A stretch of 5,184 nt of DNA from contig MTSL01000103.1 of NCBI GenBank assembly GCA_002794465.1, positions 9,869 to 15,052 of the forward strand, given 5' to 3'. The position numbers and the translations under genes are program-made. Below are positions 1 through 5,184 of this stretch, in pieces (position 1 is the stretch's first letter; each line of letters opens with the position of its first letter). The notes beneath the pieces are model-generated. The model had not been told where the DNA came from and did not search any database. It saw only the letters and a list, made by a program, of their open reading frames with translations. The stretch is from Paramicrosporidium saccamoebae KSL3. Taxonomy: Eukaryota; Fungi; Cryptomycota.

Positions 1-1
1 A

Positions 2-889
2 GCCGGCATGGAAGAGATATTGTAATACTTCGACCGAACTGATCATCTGAGGAGCAATGCGGCTGGTGTCTGCGTCCAAGTTTTTAATAGACTTGATGAT
101 TCGGCCGATAATTCGGTCGGGTGAGTATCGGTTTATCACATCGGCATTCATTGCAATCTCTCTTTGCGTGTCGGGGCTGAGAATGGCAAATATATTCTTC
201 GCATCACATTTGATTATCATGCTGTGCAGTTTGCTCTTTGGAATACTCTGCACAAGCTGTAAATCCATCATGTCTATGTAAAGTTTAGCATTATCCGACT
301 TGAATATTGCTTTCCAATGCTTGGACCAGTCGAGTTCTTGTCGATTACAAATGGTCTGATCAAAGGCTGGAGTACCATAGATCTTGCCCCAAAACCAATG
401 TTGTTGTGTTGGACTGTCCCAGATTGAGCGATACGCAAGGCACCGCAAAAGCTCGTGAAGGTTACGCTTGAGGGCTTCATTCACTGCAATCTCGAGACTG
501 AAGAGTTGAGGACACTCGGCCATCAGAGCCGATGCAAAGCGATAGTGATCATTAATGAGTGCTGGATGGTTTTGCGTGTTCATACGACTGTCCCTGAGCA
601 GATACTCGAGCTTGGCGAGATCCAGGTGGCGGCCTATCACAACCATCATATTTAGACAATTCTCAAAGCTAAAATTCTCTACTCGTGGGGTAAGGGTGAG
701 ATTATCAACCGATTCGGCCAGGGCGGGAAGACTATCGTCAGCTTTAATAGGAGCGACTCTCAACTGGGACTGCGAACTGGTGTGCTCCAAGTTAAATTGA
801 TCTTTTTGAACGCCCTCCGGGCTGATTTCAGAGCAATTGACTTTTTGGACCAAAAGCAACAAGAACGGAATGGGTATTGGCCACAACAT
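2..889 (-). CDS. Paralog copy 1, 5' part only: secreted ankyrin-like repeat family protein, truncated by the left window edge
   Basis: Manual translation from the ATG at 889 gives 296 codons with no stop to the edge: MLWPIPIPFLLLLVQKVNCSEISPEG...ADDSLPAL...NHPALINDHYRFASALMAECPQLF...HWFWGKIYGTPAFDQ...APQMISSVEVLQYLFHAG. It is colinear with copy 2 at offset 2389. There is an in-frame upstream TAG at 968-970 with no ATG between it and 889. The ORF track omits it, presumably because no stop lies in the window. Confidence 0.93.
   Translation of the reverse strand, partial: MLWPIPIPFLLLLVQKVNCSEISPEGVQKDQFNLEHTSSQSQLRVAPIKADDSLPALAESVDNLTLTPRVENFSFENCLNMMVVIGRHLDLAKLEYLLRDSRMNTQNHPALINDHYRFASALMAECPQLFSLEIAVNEALKRNLHELLRCLAYRSIWDSPTQQHWFWGKIYGTPAFDQTICNRQELDWSKHWKAIFKSDNAKLYIDMMDLQLVQSIPKSKLHSMIIKCDAKNIFAILSPDTQREIAMNADVINRYSPDRIIGRIIKSIKNLDADTSRIAPQMISSVEVLQYLFHAG
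833..889 (-). other. Predicted N-terminal signal peptide of copy 1 (MLWPIPIPFLLLLVQKVNC/SE)
   Basis: Hydrophobic core IPFLLLLV followed by V-N-C at -3/-1 and then a polar region; conserved with copy 2. Judged by eye, no predictor run. Confidence 0.7.
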
Positions 890-937
890 GAAATAGTGTT
901 TCAGTACTACGGGTGATACCAAACACCACGTAGCCGC

Positions 938-1000
938 GTGAGTAGAAGGTAGGAGGTAGGCTGGCCCCTAGTAGCTGCCGAGGGCTGATTCTCTTTTATG
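938..1000 (-). promoter_or_regulatory. Possible eukaryotic-type core promoter of copy 1 (paralog at about 3314..3378)
   Basis: On the minus strand: CATAAAAGAG (TGTAAAAGAG in spacer 2), then GCTACTA, a C/T-rich tract and TCTACTCAC, in the same order in both spacers. There is no Shine-Dalgarno-like sequence before either ATG; both read TATTTC-ATG. Confidence 0.3.
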
Positions 1001-1036
1001 GCTTTCCTGAAGAGTCCCTAATTTTCCATATCAGGC

Positions 1037-1110
1037 CATCTCTCCAGCCACACGGCTTCAACTCGCTAGAGCCATCGATGAGGCGCCATTGGTTGAATTT
1101 CGCGCTCAAT
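1037..1110. promoter_or_regulatory. Conserved non-coding element in spacer 1 (44-bp invariant block, then GGCGCCATT and AATTTCGCGCTCAAT)
   Basis: 1037..1080 is identical to 3413..3456; 1082..1090 matches 3457..3465; 1096..1110 matches 3471..3485. The regulatory role is inferred from conservation and position upstream of the ATG. Confidence 0.55.
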
Positions 1111-1151
1111 GACAGCATTCGGTCTACCTGATAAAACTCGCATTATTATAC

Positions 1152-1169
1152 TATATGCTATCCTGCTCT
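1152..1169 (-). terminator. Conserved 3' flank directly after the stop codon, possible 3'-end processing signal (paralog 3531..3548)
   Basis: TAA-AGAGC(A/G)GGATAGCATATA in both copies, followed by AT-rich diverged sequence. Function is inferred only. Confidence 0.2.
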
Positions 1170-3278
1170 TTATTTGTGTAGATCCTCACCTTTTTTGCTG
1201 GCTATCCATATCAAAAAGTCCTTGTCCCTCGAGTACCCTTTCCCTGGAAGAATTTTGTAGGTTCTCCACATCCATTCCAAAATGACATACTTTTCTGCCT
1301 CTTTGCAGTCTGCTGCAGAATTAGAAATTTCTACATCACGCAGCAATTCTGGATTGATTTCATGCACCGCTATCAGGAATTCCATTTTACCATTCACTGC
1401 AGCCGTCTTTGCGAGCTCAATGCCGATGGGGTATCCTTGCTTGTGCAGCCACTGGAGAACTCGTACATGACCATACTCTGGTGAATTTGACACCATCTTC
1501 AGCAGCACGCCTTTAGCGCGCACCGATTTAAGCCAATCGAGCATCTCCAGATAGATGTCTTCAGATAGCCACTCAAGTGACAAACGCAGCATTATCGTGT
1601 TTGGCAGAACATTACCGGGCAGATTGTGATAAATCCATTTCACAATCTCTAGTCTACCTCCTCGAAGGGCAAAGGCGCTGCATACATCTGCATAGATTTT
1701 TACACTATACTGATCACCGTCATATAGCGGGACAATTGCAGTGGGACAGGTCTCATGGACCCATTGCAAAACATGCAGGTGACCATTTTGGCAGGCAATT
1801 TTCACAGCCTCGCCTTTCGGGAAAACCTCTGCTTGATCGTAAGCCCGTTGGAGGATATGAACTTGCCCAAATATGGCAGCGTCATTTGCCACTTCCGACC
1901 ATACGGAGCTATCCATGGGTGGTCCATGTTCCACGATCAATTGGTCCAGATTACCGCTAAACGCTAGGAACAAACGCCGGACTCTGGGGGTCCAGTTGAT
2001 ATCATCCCGGAGTCGGAGCTGTGGGATAATCTTGTATAATTCGGCGTTTACGTTGGAGTCACATAGCTCGCGGTCCCAATCAACTAGATGGCTGAACATG
2101 GTGAGTGTCCAATCGATGATGTCTAGTTTTTCCGAACGGACGGCAAGACTAATCATCTGTGTGTATGGTGTCATTGGGATTTTTTCTGTAAGCCATTTCA
2201 AGACATCCAAGTTGCCGTTCTTTATGGCGCATCGGTGGGGGCCACACGAGTGCAAGCGTTCAGGGTGGGTTGAGAATAGTGCTTTCAACAATGGCAGGCA
2301 GTTATTTTTGATCAGCCAACGTACATACATGTCACGAATCTTCAACCGGCCTTTGTTTTGTTTCAGACTGAATTTTGGAATTTGATCGTAGTCGACATGG
2401 AAGAGATATCGTAGCACCTCGACCGAACTGATCGTCTGGGGAGCAATGTGACTAGTCTCTGCGTGCAAATCCTGAACAAACATGGTGATCCGTTCAATAA
2501 CTATTTCTGGTGCATGTTCGACTATCATATCGACATTCAGTGCAACCTCTCTTTGCATGTCGGGGCCGAGAACAGAGAATACGCAAGCAGCATCGCATTT
2601 GATTATCATGCCGTACAATTCGCTTTTTGAGATACTCTCAAGGAGTTGTAAATTGATGACGGTCTTATAAAGTTTAGCATTGTCTGACTTGACTATTATA
2701 TCCCAATGTCTGGACCAGTCAAATTCTTGCCAATTCCAAATGGACTGATCAAAGGCAGGAGTATTATAAATCGCGTTCCAAAACCAATGTTTCTGTGCTG
2801 CATTGTCCCAGAGAGAGCGGTACGCAAGACACCGCAGAAGCTCGTGGAGGCCACGCTCGAGGGCTATACCCACTGCAATCTCGAGATTGAAGAGGTGAGG
2901 ACATTCGGCCATCAGAGCCGATGCAAAGCGATAGTGTTCGACAATGAGTGCTGGATGGTTGTTTGTGCGTGCACGACTTATCCTAAGTTGATGGTCGAGT
3001 CGGTCGAGGTCCAGGTAGCAATTCATGATAGCTGCCGGGTCTTGCTCAGAATCAGAGTTAGTATTCTCCACTTGCGCGGCGAGAGTGAGACTACCAATCG
3101 AATCGGTCAAGGCGGGAAGGCTGTCATCAGCTTCAACAGATGCGACGCTCATCTGGGACTGCAAATTGGTTTTACCTGTGCCAAATCCATCTTTTCGAGC
3201 GTCTTTAAGGTCGCTTTCAGAACAGTTGGCCTTTTGGGTCAAGAGTAACAAGAACGGGATGACTGTCGACCACAACAT
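1170..3278 (-). CDS. Paralog copy 2, complete: 702-aa putative secreted protein with degenerate ankyrin-like repeats
   Basis: Long ORF ending in TAA at 1170-1172. The track start at 3305 is GTG; the ATG at 3278 (MLWSTVIPFLLLL) matches the copy 1 start and opens a signal peptide. Repeated motifs include AIKNGNLDVLKWL, AAIFGQVHILQ, ACQNGHLHVLQWV, ALRGGRLEIVKWI, EYGHVRVLQWL and AAVNGKMEFL. Confidence 0.93.
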   Translation of the reverse strand: MLWSTVIPFLLLLTQKANCSESDLKDARKDGFGTGKTNLQSQMSVASVEADDSLPALTDSIGSLTLAAQVENTNSDSEQDPAAIMNCYLDLDRLDHQLRISRARTNNHPALIVEHYRFASALMAECPHLFNLEIAVGIALERGLHELLRCLAYRSLWDNAAQKHWFWNAIYNTPAFDQSIWNWQEFDWSRHWDIIVKSDNAKLYKTVINLQLLESISKSELYGMIIKCDAACVFSVLGPDMQREVALNVDMIVEHAPEIVIERITMFVQDLHAETSHIAPQTISSVEVLRYLFHVDYDQIPKFSLKQNKGRLKIRDMYVRWLIKNNCLPLLKALFSTHPERLHSCGPHRCAIKNGNLDVLKWLTEKIPMTPYTQMISLAVRSEKLDIIDWTLTMFSHLVDWDRELCDSNVNAELYKIIPQLRLRDDINWTPRVRRLFLAFSGNLDQLIVEHGPPMDSSVWSEVANDAAIFGQVHILQRAYDQAEVFPKGEAVKIACQNGHLHVLQWVHETCPTAIVPLYDGDQYSVKIYADVCSAFALRGGRLEIVKWIYHNLPGNVLPNTIMLRLSLEWLSEDIYLEMLDWLKSVRAKGVLLKMVSNSPEYGHVRVLQWLHKQGYPIGIELAKTAAVNGKMEFLIAVHEINPELLRDVEISNSAADCKEAEKYVILEWMWRTYKILPGKGYSRDKDFLIWIASKKGEDLHK
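1280..2320 (-). other. Degenerate ankyrin-like repeat region of copy 2 (equivalent region in copy 3 about 3660..4705)
   Basis: About 9-11 recognisable helix-turn-helix units with consensus A-x-x-x-G-x-L-x-x-L-x-W-L/I. Adjacent clear units are spaced 27-29 aa apart. This resembles the GHL-VL-WL ankyrin subtype common in protists and giant viruses. Confidence 0.7.
2632..2789. repeat. 158-bp exact direct repeat, copy A (identical to 5017..5174)
   Basis: Base-by-base identity from atactctcaaggag to ttccaaaaccaatg at offset 2385, with mismatches immediately on both sides. Confidence 0.95.
3222..3278 (-). other. Predicted N-terminal signal peptide of copy 2 (MLWSTVIPFLLLLTQKANC/SE)
   Basis: Hydrophobic core VIPFLLLL, A-N-C at -3/-1 of the cleavage site, then an acidic/polar linker. 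I see no other obvious transmembrane stretch in the protein. Confidence 0.7.
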
Positions 3279-3412
3279 GAAATAAATAGTTTGTCGCAGT
3301 GCCACTTATCTGGGTGAGTAGAGGGTGGGAGATGGGCTGGCTCTTAGTAGCTAGCTGCCAAGGATTGTCTCTTTTACAACTTTCCTGAAGGCTCTAATTT
3401 GCTATATCGGGT

Positions 3413-3485
3413 CATCTCTCCAGCCACACGGCTTCAACTCGCTAGAGCCATCGATGGGCGCCATTATTTAAATTTCGCGCTCAAT
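3413..3485. promoter_or_regulatory. Conserved non-coding element in spacer 2 (paralog of 1037..1110)
   Basis: Same blocks as in spacer 1. Contains the perfect palindrome CCATCGATGG (3448..3457) and TTTCGCGC (3473..3480). Confidence 0.55.
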
Positions 3486-3548
3486 TATATAATATCCAAT
3501 CCACCTGACAACACTCTCACACTAGTACAATATATGCTATCCCGCTCT

Positions 3549-5184
3549 TTATTTGTGTAGATCCTCACCCTGTTTATCGGCTATCCACGTTTGGAGATCA
3601 CCTTCTTTCCAATACTGATCTGTCGGAAGAATTCTGTAGGTTTTCCACATCCACTCCAGAATAGCATACTTTTCTACCTCCAAACAGCCCGCTGCACAGT
3701 GAGAAATTTCTACAGTACGCAGTAACTCTGGATCGATTTCATGTATCGCCATCAGAAAGTCTATTTTACCATTGCTTGCGGCTGACTTTGCGAGCTGGAT
3801 ATCGATGGGGTATCCTTGCTTGTGCATCCACTGGAGAGCCTTTACGTGACCAAGAATGCCTGCATATGACTTTGCTATCGATAGTACTTTTATAGCCTCC
3901 ACCGATTTAAGCCATTTGAGCATTTCCAGATAGGTGTCTTCGGATAGCCACTCAAGTGACGAGCGCATTACTCCCGTGTTTGGCAAAACCTTATCGGGAA
4001 AATTGTGGTAAATCCATTCCACGATATCTAGTCTGTCTCCTCGAAGAGCAAAGGCACTGCATACGTCGGCGTAGATCTTTCCAGTATCTTGGTCGTCAGT
4101 ACGTAGTGGGGTGATTGCGGTAGGACAGGTCTTATGGATCCACTGCAGAACGGGCAGGTGACCATTTTGGCAGGCACGTTCCACGGCCTTGGCTTCCGGT
4201 AGAAGCTCCTCCGGCTGATCGTAAATCCATTGAATAATATGAATTTGCCCAAATATGGCGGCGTCATTGGCCATCTGTGTCCATACAAATTTATACGCAG
4301 GTGGCACATATTCCGTGATTAATTGTTCTAGATTACCATCAAATATTAGGAACAAACGCCGGACTCTGTGATTCCATTTGATATCGTCTCGGAGTCGAAG
4401 CTGTGGGATGAGTTTGCACAATTCAGTGTTTGTGTCGAGGTCAGGCAACTCGTTGTTCCAATCAATTCGATGGCCGAACTTGGCGAGCATCCAGTCGACA
4501 ATGTCTGATTTTTCCGAGCGGATGGCATAACTCACCAACCGCGGGTACATTTCGAGCGGGTCCATTACTAGAAGCAGCCATTTCAAGACACCCAAGCTGC
4601 CACTGTTTATGGCAATCAGACCAAGGCCACGCCGGTGCGAGCGATCAAGATGTGTTGGGAACATTGCTTTCAACAGCGACAGACAGTTGTGTTTGACTAG
4701 CCAGCGTACAAACGTGGCACAAGTTTCCCACTGGCCATTCCCTCGTTGCAGGTGGACTCTTGGGATTTGATCGTAGCCAACATGAAAAAGATATAGGAGT
4801 ACCATGGCCGAACTAATTGTCTGGGGAGCAATATGGTTGGTTTCTGCGTGCAAATCGTGAATGGACTCGATGATCTGGTCAATAATTTTTGCCGGTGCGT
4901 ATTTGTTCATCAAATCTGCCCTCACTGCAGCCTCTCTTTTCATGTCGGGGCTGAGCACAGAAAATATATTAATTGCATCACATTCGATAATCATGCTGTA
5001 CAGTTCACTTTTTGGAATACTCTCAAGGAGTTGTAAATTGATGACGGTCTTATAAAGTTTAGCATTGTCTGACTTGACTATTATATCCCAATGTCTGGAC
5101 CAGTCAAATTCTTGCCAATTCCAAATGGACTGATCAAAGGCAGGAGTATTATAAATCGCGTTCCAAAACCAATGCTTCTGCGCC
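3549..5184 (-). CDS. Paralog copy 3, 3' part: ankyrin-like repeat family protein, start lies beyond the right window edge
   Basis: The frame of track ORF 3549..4994 stays open to the edge, adding AQKHWFWNAIYNTPAFDQSIWNWQEFDWSRHWDIIVKSDNAKLYKTVINLQLLESIPKSELYS upstream of the internal Met at 4994. That gives 544 aa in the window. By colinearity with copy 2, about 160 N-terminal aa are missing (expected ATG near 5663 if there are no indels). It ends in the same GEDLHK* as copy 2. Confidence 0.93.
   Translation of the reverse strand, partial: AQKHWFWNAIYNTPAFDQSIWNWQEFDWSRHWDIIVKSDNAKLYKTVINLQLLESIPKSELYSMIIECDAINIFSVLSPDMKREAAVRADLMNKYAPAKIIDQIIESIHDLHAETNHIAPQTISSAMVLLYLFHVGYDQIPRVHLQRGNGQWETCATFVRWLVKHNCLSLLKAMFPTHLDRSHRRGLGLIAINSGSLGVLKWLLLVMDPLEMYPRLVSYAIRSEKSDIVDWMLAKFGHRIDWNNELPDLDTNTELCKLIPQLRLRDDIKWNHRVRRLFLIFDGNLEQLITEYVPPAYKFVWTQMANDAAIFGQIHIIQWIYDQPEELLPEAKAVERACQNGHLPVLQWIHKTCPTAITPLRTDDQDTGKIYADVCSAFALRGDRLDIVEWIYHNFPDKVLPNTGVMRSSLEWLSEDTYLEMLKWLKSVEAIKVLSIAKSYAGILGHVKALQWMHKQGYPIDIQLAKSAASNGKIDFLMAIHEIDPELLRTVEISHCAAGCLEVEKYAILEWMWKTYRILPTDQYWKEGDLQTWIADKQGEDLHK
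5017..5174. repeat. 158-bp exact direct repeat, copy B (identical to 2632..2789)
   Basis: Same alignment as copy A. Flanked by a mismatch at 5016 and mismatches at 5175, 5181 and 5184. Confidence 0.95.

Larger units (their letters stand above)
890..3278. repeat. One complete unit (2389 bp: spacer plus gene) of a tandem gene array that fills the whole window
   Basis: ATG to ATG distance 889/3278 = 2389 bp; stop to stop 1170/3549 = 2379 bp. Both the coding sequence and the spacers (890..1169, 280 bp; 3279..3548, 270 bp) align between units. Confidence 0.95.

Noticed and set aside
57-281. Mutually similar small plus-strand ORFs at 57..281, 2482..2670 and 4861..5055
   Set aside because: The similarity is explained by the paralogous sense genes. 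Their starts are not conserved, so there is no independent evidence for an antisense peptide.
274-480. 68-aa minus-strand ORF, and nested ORFs 4028..4309, 4346..4528 and 4697..4882
   Set aside because: These are alternative frames inside the real CDSs and are not conserved in the other copies.
906-930. Possible tiny GT...AG intron in the copy 1 5' UTR (gtggtgtttggtatcacccgtag on the minus strand)
   Set aside because: There is no equivalent in the copy 2 leader, and no branch-point support; likely chance.
1088-1092. CCAAT box on the minus strand in spacer 1
   Set aside because: It falls in the bases that differ in spacer 2, so it is not conserved.
2950-3220. RXLR-EER or PEXEL-type translocation motif after the signal peptide
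   Set aside because: No matching motif occurs at the expected position in either copy 1 or copy 2.
2706-3248. 180-aa plus-strand ORF, and other plus-strand ORFs (1873..2385, 1577..1960, 455..655, 555..800, 3025..3285, 4430..4696 and others)
   Set aside because: These are antisense shadows of the long minus-strand genes. They have no recognisable motifs, and their lengths and ends are not preserved between the repeat units.
3279-3305. Track start of the 711-aa ORF (MALRQTIYF...)
   Set aside because: It is a GTG codon. The extension is not conserved in copy 1, and the ATG at 3278 places the signal peptide at the N-terminus in both copies.
3346-3356. AGCTAGCT palindrome in spacer 2
   Set aside because: It arises from a 4-bp TAGC slippage duplication that is absent from spacer 1; probably neutral.
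4992-4994. Track start of the 481-aa ORF
   Set aside because: It is an internal Met. The frame is open and homologous to copy 2 up to the window edge.
1-5184. CRISPR array, transposon, diversity-generating retroelement (TR/VR pair), tRNA or rRNA
   Set aside because: There are no short regularly spaced repeats, terminal inverted repeats, transposase or reverse transcriptase motifs, or RNA-gene signatures. Differences between repeats are not restricted to adenines as in a DGR.

Overview
The window is a head-to-tail tandem array of three paralogous, apparently intronless genes on the minus strand, with a repeat unit of about 2.38-2.39 kb. Copy 1 (2..889) runs off the left edge and is missed by the ORF track. 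Copy 2 (1170..3278, 702 aa) is complete; its likely start is the ATG at 3278, not the GTG at 3305. Copy 3 (3549..>5184) runs off the right edge. Where the N-terminus is visible (copies 1 and 2), the protein starts with a signal peptide and a variable linker. The family then has a conserved Trp-rich segment and a long solenoid of short, degenerate ankyrin-like repeats (A-x-x-x-G-x-L-x-x-L-x-W-L type). The paralogs are only about 55% identical in protein by a hand count over 140 aa. Copies 2 and 3 nevertheless share a 158-bp perfectly identical internal tract, and hypervariable segments change amino acids while keeping third codon positions. The two 270-280 bp spacers share a 44-bp invariant block next to a TTTCGCGC (E2F/SCB-type) motif. 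The best reading, by inference, is a diversifying secreted ankyrin-repeat effector family in a compact eukaryotic microbe or a eukaryotic giant virus. I found no RNA genes, CRISPR array or transposase.
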